From Balneolaceae bacterium UBA7797 (GTDB lineage Bacteria > Bacteroidota > Rhodothermia > Balneolales > Balneolaceae), in the NCBI GenBank assembly GCA_002480645.1, contig DLCN01000003.1, positions 276,355 to 308,354 on the forward strand: a stretch of 32,000 bases of DNA, in the 5' to 3' direction. The notes under the pieces are model-generated. The model had not been told where the DNA came from and searched no databases. It saw only the letters and a list, made by a program, of their open reading frames with translations. Below, in pieces: positions 1-9,181 of this stretch (within the stretch, counting starts at the first letter, position 1; each line of letters opens with the position of its first letter). The position numbers and the translations under genes were made by a program.

Positions 1-2408
1 AAGTCGGGCACGATACGTATCACCATACGTTGTTCGAAATGTTGGGTAACTGGTCTTTTGGTGATTATTTCAAAAAAGAAGCAATAAGTTGGGCATGGGA
101 ATTATTGGTTGATCGATGGGGGCTTGAGCCGGATCGGTTATATGCTACTGTTTTTGGCGGTGATGAGAACGATGGATTATCCGTTGATGAAGAAGCCATC
201 GAATTGTGGAAAAGTGAAACCTCTATTGCTGAGAACCACATCCTGAAATTCGGTAAAAAAGATAATTTCTGGGAAATGGGAGACACCGGCCCATGCGGAC
301 CTTGTTCTGAAGTACATATTGACCTGAGGCCGGATGCAGAACGTAAAAAACAGGATGGAGCCGAATTGGTTAATATGGATGATCCCAGAGTGATGGAGAT
401 CTGGAACCTGGTATTCATTCAGTTTAACCGACAGCCTGATGGAAAACTGGTTACTCTGCCTGCCCGGCATGTGGATACCGGAATGGGTTTTGAACGGGTA
501 TGTGCCGTTCTGCAGGGCAAGAGTTCTAACTACGATTCAGACGTTTTCACTCCTCTTTTGGATGAGATCTCCGGTTTAGCCGGGCTCACTTATGGAAATG
601 ATGAGGAGAAAGATATTGCAATGCGTGTGATCGCCGATCACATTCGTGCTGTCACTTTTTCAATAGCGGATGGAGCTTCTCCCGGCAATGATGGCCGAGG
701 ATATGTAATCCGTCGGATCCTTCGCCGGGCCATTCGTTATGGATGGGACAAACTTGGTTTTAAAGAACCTTTCTTCTACAAATTGGTTGCCGTATTAGCA
801 GAGCAGTTTAAGGAGGTATTTCCGGAAGTTGTTGCTCAGCAGGAATACATTACCAATGTGATCAAAGCTGAGGAAAAAAGCTTTCTGAAGACGCTCGGAC
901 AAGGAATTGAGATCTTCCATGAAATGGTGAAGGACAAAAAAATATCCGGTGCTGAGGCGTTTAAATTACATGATACATATGGCTTCCCGATCGATCTTAC
1001 CCAGTTGATGGCTCGTGAGATCGGTGTTGATGTAGATGTTGACGGGTTTGACCGGCACATGCAGGAACAAAAAGATCGTGCACGTGCAGCCGGTAAATTC
1101 AGTGTCGATCAAAGTAAGACCAATGAGTGGGTGCTGGTTAACGACGCTGATGATTTTGAGTTTGTAGGATATGATGATTTCGAGGCCAATGTTTTGATCA
1201 CTGCTTATCGAAAAGAAGGTGACAGGGTTGCCTTTAAATTAAATAAGACGCCGTTTTATGCTGAAAGTGGTGGTCAGGTCGCGGATACCGGATTGCTAAC
1301 AAACGGTGATGTATTCATACATGTTAAGGATGTACAAAAAGGAGCAGATGGTTTTATTCATTACACCGATTCGTTGCCTGAAGACCTTTCAGGAAACTGG
1401 AATGCTCAGATCGATCTGGAGCGTCGTTTAGAGATTCAAAAACATCACTCAGCAACTCATCTTGCACATGCGGCACTTCGAAATGTACTTGGTGATCATG
1501 TGACACAGAAAGGTTCGTTAGTTAACGAAAAGCATTTACGATTCGATTTTTCTCATTACGAAGCAATGACCCGGGAACAGCTGGATGCTGTTGAAAAGCA
1601 GGTGAATGATAAGATCCAGGAGAATATTCCGCTGATCGAGGAGAGGGATGTTCCCATTGAAGAGGCCCGTAAAAAAGGTGCTATGATGCTCTTTGGCGAG
1701 AAATATGGCGACTTTGTTCGTGTGATCACCTTTGATGAGGATTACTCGGTAGAGCTTTGTGGTGGTACCCATGTTGGTGCAACCGGAGAGATCGGTTATT
1801 TCCGGTTTCTCAGCGAAAGTTCAGCTGCAGCCGGTATAAGAAGGATTGAGGCCGTTACCGGTAAAACGGCGGATGAGTTACTCAGAAAAGAGAAATATCT
1901 GGTAAGTAATATTAAATCCACATTCGGTCAGACCGATGATCCGGTATCCAGTTTGCAAAAGCTGATGGACGAAAAGAAAGCTCTGGAAAAAGAACTGGAA
2001 AAGTTAAATATGCAGCAAACCGGTGCAGTCTTAGATCAATTGATCGCTGCAAGATCATCCTCTGATCTGGGCTTTGATATTGTGAAAGGAATAGTTCCCG
2101 GAGCTGATATGAATGCGTTAAAACAACTCGGTTACGATGCCATTGAAAAGACAAAGACCGGCACTATGATCGTATTGGGCGCCAAAGATATGGAAGCCGG
2201 AAAAGTATTTCTGATGGTAGCCTTGACCGAAGATCTTATCAAAGAAAAAGCACTGAAAGCCGGCGCATTGGTTGGGAAACTTGGCCGACTTGTAGGTGGC
2301 GGAGGTGGTGGCCAACCAAATCTGGCAACAGCAGGAGGAAAGAATCCTGAAAAATTAGAGGAAGCACTGGAAAAGGTGAATGAAATCGCCTCAGAATTCA
2401 TTAGTTAA
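1..2408 (+). CDS. alaS: Alanine--tRNA ligase (AlaRS), 5'-truncated by the window edge
   Basis: The frame is open from nt 3 (VGHDTYHHTLFEMLGNWSFGDYFK, the conserved AlaRS catalytic-core motif). Editing-domain zinc motifs HHSATHLAHAAL and ELCGGTH are present. The C-terminus has a DHHA1-like GGGGGGQPNLATAGG. Stop at 2406-2408. The ORF-track Met at 30 is internal. Confidence 0.95.
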   Translation, partial: VGHDTYHHTLFEMLGNWSFGDYFKKEAISWAWELLVDRWGLEPDRLYATVFGGDENDGLSVDEEAIELWKSETSIAENHILKFGKKDNFWEMGDTGPCGPCSEVHIDLRPDAERKKQDGAELVNMDDPRVMEIWNLVFIQFNRQPDGKLVTLPARHVDTGMGFERVCAVLQGKSSNYDSDVFTPLLDEISGLAGLTYGNDEEKDIAMRVIADHIRAVTFSIADGASPGNDGRGYVIRRILRRAIRYGWDKLGFKEPFFYKLVAVLAEQFKEVFPEVVAQQEYITNVIKAEEKSFLKTLGQGIEIFHEMVKDKKISGAEAFKLHDTYGFPIDLTQLMAREIGVDVDVDGFDRHMQEQKDRARAAGKFSVDQSKTNEWVLVNDADDFEFVGYDDFEANVLITAYRKEGDRVAFKLNKTPFYAESGGQVADTGLLTNGDVFIHVKDVQKGADGFIHYTDSLPEDLSGNWNAQIDLERRLEIQKHHSATHLAHAALRNVLGDHVTQKGSLVNEKHLRFDFSHYEAMTREQLDAVEKQVNDKIQENIPLIEERDVPIEEARKKGAMMLFGEKYGDFVRVITFDEDYSVELCGGTHVGATGEIGYFRFLSESSAAAGIRRIEAVTGKTADELLRKEKYLVSNIKSTFGQTDDPVSSLQKLMDEKKALEKELEKLNMQQTGAVLDQLIAARSSSDLGFDIVKGIVPGADMNALKQLGYDAIEKTKTGTMIVLGAKDMEAGKVFLMVALTEDLIKEKALKAGALVGKLGRLVGGGGGGQPNLATAGGKNPEKLEEALEKVNEIASEFIS

Positions 2409-2447
2409 TCAGTGTAAACGATTCACAAAATCTTCTTAAAAAATCGG

Positions 2448-2455
2448 TATATTTG
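2448..2455 (+). promoter_or_regulatory. Candidate Bacteroidetes-type -7 promoter box (TATATTTG = TAnnTTTG) for the pdh operon
   Basis: Exact match to TAnnTTTG, 41 nt upstream of the pdhA ATG in the alaS-pdhA intergenic region. No clear -33 TTTG partner was seen. Confidence 0.35.
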
Positions 2456-2496
2456 AGCCCTTTTTTCACAGAGGATCAGATATCAACAAATTACTT

Positions 2497-3597
2497 ATGG
2501 CTGAAAACAAGAAAGACGATATAGTATTTGCCCCGAAAGGCATTGGAGATGAAAAAGACGGAGCAGTTCAGAAGGGAGTGGATCTCCCGGCTCCTACACG
2601 AAAAAAACATAAAAGTCTTGGGCTTACCGAAGATGATCTTAAAGCAATGTACGAGCAAATGTACTTGCAACGTCGTTTCGAAGAACGCTCTATGCAACAG
2701 TATCAAAAAGGAAAATTCGGTGGTTTTCTGCACCTTTACATTGGGCAGGAAGCGATCTCAACCGGTACTGTGTTCGCGTTTGATGACAAAGACGATATCA
2801 TTACCGGTTACCGTGATCATGGCTGGGGATTATGTCGTGGTCTGACGGCTAAAGAAGGAATGGCTGAGCTTTTTGGAAAAGCTACCGGGTGTTCAAAAGG
2901 TAAAGGCGGTTCTATGCACTTTGCCAATGCGAAAGAACATTTTTGGGGTGGTTACGGTATTGTAGGTGGCCATATTCCGATAGGTGCCGGATTTGCTTTC
3001 GCAAATAAATACAAAGGAACAGGTAATATCTCTGCTACTTTCTTTGGTGACGGAGCGGTAGATCAGGGTGCATTACACGAGTCAATGAATATCGCCCAAC
3101 TCTGGAAATTACCGGTACTCTTCGTTGTAGAGAACAACGGATATTCAATGGGTACTGCGGCTAAGCGTCATACCGTGGCAGAGATCGTAGATCGTGCAAA
3201 AGGCTATGGAATGAAGAGTGCAGTGATCAACGGTATGGATGTATTCTCTGTGTATGAAAAGATGAAAGAGATCGCCGACGATGTGCGCGAAAACTCGGAA
3301 CCTTACTTTATAGAGATCAGAACCTATCGCTACCGTGGGCACTCAATGTCTGATCCACAAAAGTACCGAACCAAGGAAGAATTAGAAGAATACCAGAAGA
3401 TCGATCCTATTCTTAAACTCCGCGATTATATCTTATCAAATGATATTATGACGGAAGAGGAGATCACCGAAGTTGAGGACAAAGTAGAGGAGGAAGTATT
3501 AGAAGCCGTAGAATTTGCAGATAATTCCCCATTCCCGGATGATGATGAACTCTACGACGATATGTTTGCTGACGACGAACCATACTTCCACGTTTAA
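2497..3597 (+). CDS. pdhA: Pyruvate dehydrogenase E1 component, alpha subunit
   Basis: 366 aa. TPP-binding GDGAVDQG...NN motif and the E1-alpha signature YRYRGHSMSDP. Followed directly by E1-beta and E2 genes. Confidence 0.9.
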   Translation: MAENKKDDIVFAPKGIGDEKDGAVQKGVDLPAPTRKKHKSLGLTEDDLKAMYEQMYLQRRFEERSMQQYQKGKFGGFLHLYIGQEAISTGTVFAFDDKDDIITGYRDHGWGLCRGLTAKEGMAELFGKATGCSKGKGGSMHFANAKEHFWGGYGIVGGHIPIGAGFAFANKYKGTGNISATFFGDGAVDQGALHESMNIAQLWKLPVLFVVENNGYSMGTAAKRHTVAEIVDRAKGYGMKSAVINGMDVFSVYEKMKEIADDVRENSEPYFIEIRTYRYRGHSMSDPQKYRTKEELEEYQKIDPILKLRDYILSNDIMTEEEITEVEDKVEEEVLEAVEFADNSPFPDDDELYDDMFADDEPYFHV

Positions 3598-3617
3598 TCC
3601 AAAGATTTTAAAAGAAA

Positions 3618-4598
3618 ATGGCTGAACTACAATTTAGAGAAGCAATAAAACAGGCAATTGATGAAGAAATGGGCCGTGATGAAAATGTTTTCATCATGGG
3701 TGAAGAAGTTGCCGAATATAACGGAGCCTATAAAGTAACCGAAGGGTTGCTGGACAAATATGGCTATAAAAGAGTGATTGATACGCCGATCTCTGAGCTT
3801 GGGTTTGCAGGAATAGGGGTTGGTGCTGCCATGCATGGATTACGACCTATCGTTGAATTCATGACCTTCAACTTCGCTGTATTAGCTGCTGATCAGATCA
3901 TTAACCACGCCACTAAAGTAAAGTACATGACGGGTGGTCAGGCTGATGCTCCGATCGTATTCAGAGGGCCCAATGCGTCCGCGGGTCAGCTGGGTGCTAC
4001 ACACTCGGTAGCTTATGACTCAATGTATGCAATGTTCCCCGGTCTCAAAGTGATCTACACTTCTGAACCGGATGATGCGAAAGGGTTAATGAAATCAGCG
4101 ATCCGTGATGACAATCCGGTATTGTTCATGGAATCAGAGCAAATGTATGGTCTGAAAGGTGAAGTTTCTGAAGAAGAAGATTATATCATCCCAATTGGTA
4201 AAGGAAAGATCAAACGGGAAGGTTCTGATGTAACGATCATCGCACATGGTAAGATGTATCACGTCGCAAAACAGGCCGCGGCTCAGTTAGCTAAAGATGG
4301 AATTGAAGCCGAGATCATTGATCCACGCACGGTAAAACCACTGGATCTGCCGTTGATCGTGGAATCCATCAAAAAAACGAATCGATGTGTAGTAGTTGAC
4401 GAAGCTCATCCATTTGCCGGATTTGCTGCAGAAATTGGATTCCTGATCCAGAGAGAAGCATTTGATTATTTAGATGCACCGGTTCAGCGGGTTACGTTAC
4501 CGGATGTGAACGCTCCGTTCTCAAAGAAGTTATTTGATCTTTGGTTACCTAGTCCAAAGAATGTAATTGAAGCAGTAAATCAGGTAACTTACCGATAG
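3618..4598 (+). CDS. pdhB: Pyruvate dehydrogenase E1 component, beta subunit
   Basis: 326 aa. Transketolase-like pyrimidine-binding N-terminal region (VFIMGEEVAEYNGAYKVTEGL...RVIDTPISE) and C-terminal domain (IDPRTVKPLD). Lies 20 nt after pdhA. Confidence 0.9.
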   Translation: MAELQFREAIKQAIDEEMGRDENVFIMGEEVAEYNGAYKVTEGLLDKYGYKRVIDTPISELGFAGIGVGAAMHGLRPIVEFMTFNFAVLAADQIINHATKVKYMTGGQADAPIVFRGPNASAGQLGATHSVAYDSMYAMFPGLKVIYTSEPDDAKGLMKSAIRDDNPVLFMESEQMYGLKGEVSEEEDYIIPIGKGKIKREGSDVTIIAHGKMYHVAKQAAAQLAKDGIEAEIIDPRTVKPLDLPLIVESIKKTNRCVVVDEAHPFAGFAAEIGFLIQREAFDYLDAPVQRVTLPDVNAPFSKKLFDLWLPSPKNVIEAVNQVTYR

Positions 4599-4628
4599 AA
4601 ATTTAACCATTTATATAATTCTACCATT

Positions 4629-5879
4629 ATGGCTATTAAAATAGAAATGCCCAAGTTGAGCGATACCATGGAAGAAGGGGTGATCGCAAAATGGAATGTT
4701 AAAGAAGGGGATAAAGTAGAAGCCGGAGATATTATCGCCGAGGTTGAAACCGACAAAGCTACCATGGATGTGGAAGTGTTTGATGCCGGTACAATTTTGA
4801 AGATTGTTCCCGGCGAAGGTGACTCTGTTCCTTTAGGCGGTTTAATAGCCGTTATTGGTGAAGAGGGAGAAGATATCAGTGATCTGACCTCAGGTGATGA
4901 TCCAGGAGATAGTTCTTCATCTGAAAAAGAGGCAGAGAGCAAATCTGAGCCTGAAGCAGAAGAGAAGAAAGAGACTACAGCTCCTGCTTCTACTTCAGAT
5001 GAAGATGGTAGAATTAAAGCATCGCCACTGGCTCGCAAGATCGCAGAAGATAAAGGAATTAATCTTTCTGATGTAAATGGCTCCGGACCTGAAGGTCGGA
5101 TCATTAAAAAAGATGTGGAAGATTTCAGTCCTTCTAAAGGAGGGTTAACCAAACCTGAGGCTACATCTGCTTCTAAACCGGCTCCTGTATTCGATAATCT
5201 GGAGAGTAAAGAAGTAAAAGTTTCTCAGATGAGAAAAGTGATCGCCCGTCGTCTCTCGGAGAGTAAATTCACCAATCCACATTTCTATGAAACGATCGAT
5301 ATAGACATGAAAGCAGCAATGGCAGCAAGAAGTGCACTAAATGCTGCGAATGATGTGAAGATCAGCTTTAATGACATTGTTGTAAAAGCCTCTGCGATCG
5401 CTTTGACCCGCCATCAGGCAATTAACAGCTCATGGCACGATGATGTGATCATGGAACATGGTGACGTTCATATTGCGGTTGCAGTTGCTATCGATGAAGG
5501 GCTTATGACTCCTGTGATCGATCATGCCGACAAAAAAGGCCTGGCTCAGATCAGTTCCGAAACCCGTGAATTAGCCGGATTAGCCCGTGATCGTAAACTT
5601 CAGCCTGAACAAATGGAAGGCAGTACCTTTACGATCAGTAATCTGGGAATGTTTGGGATCGAAGAATTTACAGCCATCATAAATCCACCAAATGCCTGTA
5701 TCATGGCAGTAGGAGCGATCCGTGACGTACCTGTGGTTGAAAATGGGGAAGTAGTTCCAGGAAAGAGAATGAAAGTCACTTTATCAAGCGACCACCGTAT
5801 TGTGGATGGAGCGAAAGCGGCACAATTTCTCAATACCTTCAAAGAGCTCATGGAAAATCCACTTTCTATGCTACTGTAG
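4629..5879 (+). CDS. pdhC: Dihydrolipoamide acetyltransferase (E2 of the PDH complex)
   Basis: 416 aa. Lipoyl domain with EVETDKATMDVE, acidic/Ser-rich linker, E3-binding domain (ASPLARKIAEDKGINLSDVNGSGPEGRIIKKDV) and catalytic domain with the DHRIVDGA active-site motif. Confidence 0.9.
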   Translation: MAIKIEMPKLSDTMEEGVIAKWNVKEGDKVEAGDIIAEVETDKATMDVEVFDAGTILKIVPGEGDSVPLGGLIAVIGEEGEDISDLTSGDDPGDSSSSEKEAESKSEPEAEEKKETTAPASTSDEDGRIKASPLARKIAEDKGINLSDVNGSGPEGRIIKKDVEDFSPSKGGLTKPEATSASKPAPVFDNLESKEVKVSQMRKVIARRLSESKFTNPHFYETIDIDMKAAMAARSALNAANDVKISFNDIVVKASAIALTRHQAINSSWHDDVIMEHGDVHIAVAVAIDEGLMTPVIDHADKKGLAQISSETRELAGLARDRKLQPEQMEGSTFTISNLGMFGIEEFTAIINPPNACIMAVGAIRDVPVVENGEVVPGKRMKVTLSSDHRIVDGAKAAQFLNTFKELMENPLSMLL

Positions 5880-5907
5880 TTGTTTTAGAATAACCGTCAA
5901 AATTTTT

Positions 5908-5936
5908 AAAGGCTCATCTTGGATGGGCCTTTTTTG
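5908..5936 (+). terminator. Rho-independent terminator of the pdh operon
   Basis: GGCTCAT (5911-5917) pairs with ATGGGCC (5923-5929), giving a 7-bp stem with one G-U wobble and a 5-nt loop, followed by T6 (5930-5935). It lies 30 nt after the E2 stop, in the convergent gap facing the minus-strand locus. Confidence 0.7.
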
Positions 5937-6009
5937 TTTGCGTTCAGTTGCAGGATGAGATTCGAACTAGTAGTGAACAGCTAGTGGTAGTCACTGTTCG
6001 ATAATGATC

Positions 6010-7815
6010 TTATGGATATTCTAAAAGGTAGATGACCGGCTCAGAACCACGATCAGCTAAACGACGGGCTAAAGCGTTTGCATCTCTGAAGGAGTTAAAG
6101 ATCTCAGATACCTGTACATAATAAAGCCCATTTTCCATCCCGAATACTCGGGTATCGATATTTAGGGCTTCTTTTAATGATTGTACGGCAGCTTCTGCGA
6201 GCTGTCGGTTCTCAAATACATTAATTTGTATCTGATATCTGGCCCGGTAATTTCTGAAATCTTCCGTATTTGGCTTGAGTTCGAGATTTCTGGTTAATCC
6301 CTTTTCCCTGATATTGTTAAGAACAGATAATGCATGATCCTGGCGGGTGTATGGTCCATTCACCACAAGAAAACGGTTTTCAGATTTTACGATATAGGAT
6401 TCGATCCCATAATCTCCAAGAATGGTAAATGAATAATCAATGGCATTTTGCTCTGAAGAGAATGAACCAAATTGGATTAGGTAAGTTAGGGTCTCTATTC
6501 TGTTACTTCCTGCATCACATCGGTGAACAAGATTCAGGTTTAACTCAGGCATCTCACTCTTAACAGTTCTGTAATCTTCAATTGCTTTGGTAAAGTTTTG
6601 ATCACCGGAAGAACGAATGGTATACAGGTCGTTATTAAAACCAATATTAAGTGCTACCCCGGTTCTTTCCGTTACTGAGTTTGAGACATCAAAAGCACTG
6701 TTTAAAGATCTGAAGCTGCCAACCTGAATTGCATAACTACAATTATCCCTGGAACCAAGTGAGAAAACAGCATTTGATGATACCGGTTCCGGATCAGGGG
6801 TTTCAGGCTGTTCAGTTACCTTTTCCGGTTGATCTGCAGCTAATGGTTCGTCAGCTTCAGCAATTTCTTCGTCCTCATCAGGAGTCTGTATGACCTCTTC
6901 TTCTGTATCAACCGTTGTAGCATTATTATTGCTAGCTGATGGGGGCTGAACGGGCTCCGGTAATGGTTTGATTGCCGGAATCGCATCAGATATAAACGTT
7001 AGAGAATCGCTAACAGTCAGGAATTGATTGGTCAGTGAATCTATGTTTGCATTTTGTAGAGAATCAGACTCTAACGAATCTGCCTCAGCAAGTAATTCCT
7101 CTTCCGGCTCAGGTTTTTCTTCCATAGAATAATACAAACGAAGCACTACTCTTCTGTTCATCTCCCTCGGAGCCTCAACCCGTTCGCCATTCTCATCGGT
7201 GATATATCTTGGTCGTGAATCCGCGTAACCTGAAGCCTTCAGGCGAGATTTATCAATGCCTTCTGAAATGAAATACTTGACCACATCTGCTGCCCGTGCT
7301 GTAGATAATTCCCAGTTAGATGGATAAATACGAGATGAGATCGGCACATCATCCGTATGGCCTTCAACATCAATATTATAATCGTCGTACTCATTTTTCC
7401 GGATGGCGACAACGATCTTATTCAAAATATCTTTAGCTGATGAAAGAAGGTTTGCACTTCCCGAATTAAAGAAAGAGTCACTGCTGAATCTGATCTTAAT
7501 ATCATTAAGATCACGGTTGATCTCGATCTTACCTGCCTCGATCTCGTCTACAAGGTAGATCTCCAGTTGACGCTGAACTTCTTCGATCGGGGTGGTTATA
7601 TACTCGGTTTCTATCACCGAGGAGTCGTATAAATTTGAGACGGAAAGGGGATCTTGTTTTGTGATCTGAGAGACGGAAAGTAATACGATCAAAAAACCAA
7701 GGATCACCGTAATGATATCGAGATAACTGATCTGCCAGCTATCCTCATCTTCTCCCTCAAAATGACTGTTGGGGAAGAGTGAATTTCTATTTCTATTGGA
7801 TGGTCCCGGACTCAA
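6010..7815 (-). CDS. MotB-like stator subunit with OmpA-type peptidoglycan-binding domain, acidic/Pro-rich linker and three C-terminal SPOR-like repeats
   Basis: 601 aa. N-terminal single TM with a MotB-like plug/TM motif (SWQISYLDIITVILGFLIVLL, conserved Asp). OmpA_C-like core (NIDVEGHTDDVP...SNWELSTARAADVVKYF...NRRVVLRLY). Three repeats with the SPOR-like pattern (YAIQVGSFRS.., YLIQFGSFSS.., YQIQINVFEN..) at about nt 6022-6744. The only available start is TTG at 7815, in frame 18 nt after the motA-like stop. Confidence 0.8.
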   Translation of the reverse strand: MSPGPSNRNRNSLFPNSHFEGEDEDSWQISYLDIITVILGFLIVLLSVSQITKQDPLSVSNLYDSSVIETEYITTPIEEVQRQLEIYLVDEIEAGKIEINRDLNDIKIRFSSDSFFNSGSANLLSSAKDILNKIVVAIRKNEYDDYNIDVEGHTDDVPISSRIYPSNWELSTARAADVVKYFISEGIDKSRLKASGYADSRPRYITDENGERVEAPREMNRRVVLRLYYSMEEKPEPEEELLAEADSLESDSLQNANIDSLTNQFLTVSDSLTFISDAIPAIKPLPEPVQPPSASNNNATTVDTEEEVIQTPDEDEEIAEADEPLAADQPEKVTEQPETPDPEPVSSNAVFSLGSRDNCSYAIQVGSFRSLNSAFDVSNSVTERTGVALNIGFNNDLYTIRSSGDQNFTKAIEDYRTVKSEMPELNLNLVHRCDAGSNRIETLTYLIQFGSFSSEQNAIDYSFTILGDYGIESYIVKSENRFLVVNGPYTRQDHALSVLNNIREKGLTRNLELKPNTEDFRNYRARYQIQINVFENRQLAEAAVQSLKEALNIDTRVFGMENGLYYVQVSEIFNSFRDANALARRLADRGSEPVIYLLEYP

Positions 7816-7833
7816 AGTGTACGACTTTATACT

Positions 7834-8631
7834 TTATAGTTGTGTCTTATTCCGGCGCATATGGGCCTGCAGTTTATCGTAGATCTGTAATGAGGTTTTT
7901 TGATTTTCGATAAGTAAAACGCCTTCCAGTATCATTTTTTCACGAAAATATTGAAGTGAAGCAATATTATTCATTTTTCGGGCCATAGGAATGAATATGA
8001 AGTTACCAATGATGATCCCATATAAAGTGGTCATAAGCGCAGCTGCCAGTCCTGTAAGCAGAGACTCTACTTCGTTGAACCCTGAAAGCATCACAATAAG
8101 GCCAAAAAGTGTACCCAGCATTCCAAATACAGGGGCAGATTTACCCATGCTCATTATGATCTGATTGATCTGCAATTGTTTAGAGAAATTCTCCTCAATA
8201 TTTATCTCTCCCAATTCCCGGAGTTCCTCTGAACTATAGTTGGTATCCATCACAGAAAACAAATAGCCTTCGAAGGTTTCCATATAATCTTCACTTAATT
8301 GAGCAACCGCTTGTACCCGGTCTTCTTTGATCATTTTCTGCCATTCTAAGATACGTTGAATATCATCCTCTAAAAGGTCATCAGAGATGGTGCTGTGAGA
8401 GAATAAACGCAGGCTTTCCCGATAGGCTCTCAGTACATTTCTAAATGGGTAACTGATAAAGATACTGGCAGAGACACCACCGATCACAATAGCCAAACTT
8501 GGTAGATTCAGATATTCCAGTGTGGTTGGTATCAGCTCATATTGGGTAAAACCCATTACTAATAATGATCCCCACAGTAAAACCATCATGGAGATCAAAA
8601 AGCTGAGTATGTTTAAGATAGAAGTACGCAT
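7834..8631 (-). CDS. MotA/PomA-type stator channel subunit (MotA/TolQ/ExbB family)
   Basis: 265 aa with 4 predicted TMs in a 2+2 arrangement around a ~100-aa cytoplasmic loop. Channel signature SAPVFGMLGTLFGLIVML...LAAALMTTLYGIIIGNFIFIPMARK. MotA-like C-terminal tail REKMILEGVLLIENQKTSLQIYDKLQAHM. Confidence 0.85.
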   Translation of the reverse strand: MRTSILNILSFLISMMVLLWGSLLVMGFTQYELIPTTLEYLNLPSLAIVIGGVSASIFISYPFRNVLRAYRESLRLFSHSTISDDLLEDDIQRILEWQKMIKEDRVQAVAQLSEDYMETFEGYLFSVMDTNYSSEELRELGEINIEENFSKQLQINQIIMSMGKSAPVFGMLGTLFGLIVMLSGFNEVESLLTGLAAALMTTLYGIIIGNFIFIPMARKMNNIASLQYFREKMILEGVLLIENQKTSLQIYDKLQAHMRRNKTQL

Positions 8632-8643
8632 AAGTGGTAATTC

Positions 8644-9147
8644 TTAAAAATTTTTCCTGAATTTGTCATCAAGCAAACCTTGATTCTGTAGCTCTCTGAG
8701 CACATAGTTTGAGTAGGAGAGCGGTAGATTTTCGTCCAGCTCTAAGGCTTTTCTCCAATCCCGTACAAAATTATCAACCGAACCTAATCCCAGAAAGATA
8801 CTACCTCTAAGAGCAAGAATATCTGCATTTTCTTTAAAACCGTACGCCTTGTTTATATAGTAAAGGGCCTGTTCATAATCTCCGTTATAATATCTCTGTT
8901 GAGCCAGGATATAGAATGTTGTAAGTCCGTTAGCCCTGGCCTGATATTCATTGTACAGATCGATCTTATATTGTTTTTTGATCTCGTTTCTTAATGAATC
9001 AGCTACCGAAGACCGATCACTGTCTTCGTTATCCTGTGTATCCTCAGGATCAGTAAAACTCTCAGCAGAGACATCATCCATCGCTTTTTCACTACTTTTA
9101 CACGAAAAAAGCAGGGCGTAGGCAGGAATCATCATGATCACACCCAA
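8644..9147 (-). CDS. Small TPR-like protein, probable lipoprotein
   Basis: 167 aa. Lipobox-like LLFSC near the N-terminus, an acidic linker, then TPR-like helices (YNGDYEQALYYINKAYGF...WRKALELDENLP). The start is uncertain: TTG at 9147 or ATG at 9135/9132. The in-frame upstream codons (IKNRSQISLFY) would give a better signal n-region but lack a canonical start codon. Confidence 0.6.
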   Translation of the reverse strand: MGVIMMIPAYALLFSCKSSEKAMDDVSAESFTDPEDTQDNEDSDRSSVADSLRNEIKKQYKIDLYNEYQARANGLTTFYILAQQRYYNGDYEQALYYINKAYGFKENADILALRGSIFLGLGSVDNFVRDWRKALELDENLPLSYSNYVLRELQNQGLLDDKFRKNF

Positions 9148-9181
9148 ATAGAATAGTGATATTTGACTCCTGTTTTTGATA

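Noticed and set aside
65-5851. Antisense and alternative-frame ORFs from the track inside alaS and the pdh genes (e.g. 65-418, 177-470, 2528-2845, 4589-5152, 5600-5851)
   Set aside because: They lie wholly inside strongly supported conserved genes, have low-complexity or shadow-frame composition and carry no recognisable motifs. They are treated as frame shadows.
5950-6009. Hairpin GAACAG-N13-CTGTTC after the motB-like stop as a terminator
   Set aside because: The stem is short with a large loop and there is no downstream U-tract on the minus strand. The 5911-5929 hairpin reads with a C-A mismatch on the minus strand. Termination of the minus-strand locus therefore remains undefined.
6010-8631. 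Zorya-type anti-phage system (ZorA/ZorB are MotA/MotB homologues)
   Set aside because: The MotA-like protein is only 265 aa and lacks a long ZorA-type C-terminal tail. No ZorC/ZorD-like nuclease or helicase genes are present, and all neighbours are envelope structural proteins.
6010-9147. Tol-Pal or ExbB-ExbD-TonB system
   Set aside because: The A subunit has the 4-TM MotA/PomA layout with a large cytoplasmic loop and a MotA-type tail. The B subunit has an OmpA-type peptidoglycan-binding domain rather than a TolR/ExbD fold. No TolA/TonB-like Pro-rich anchor, TolB or Pal was seen.
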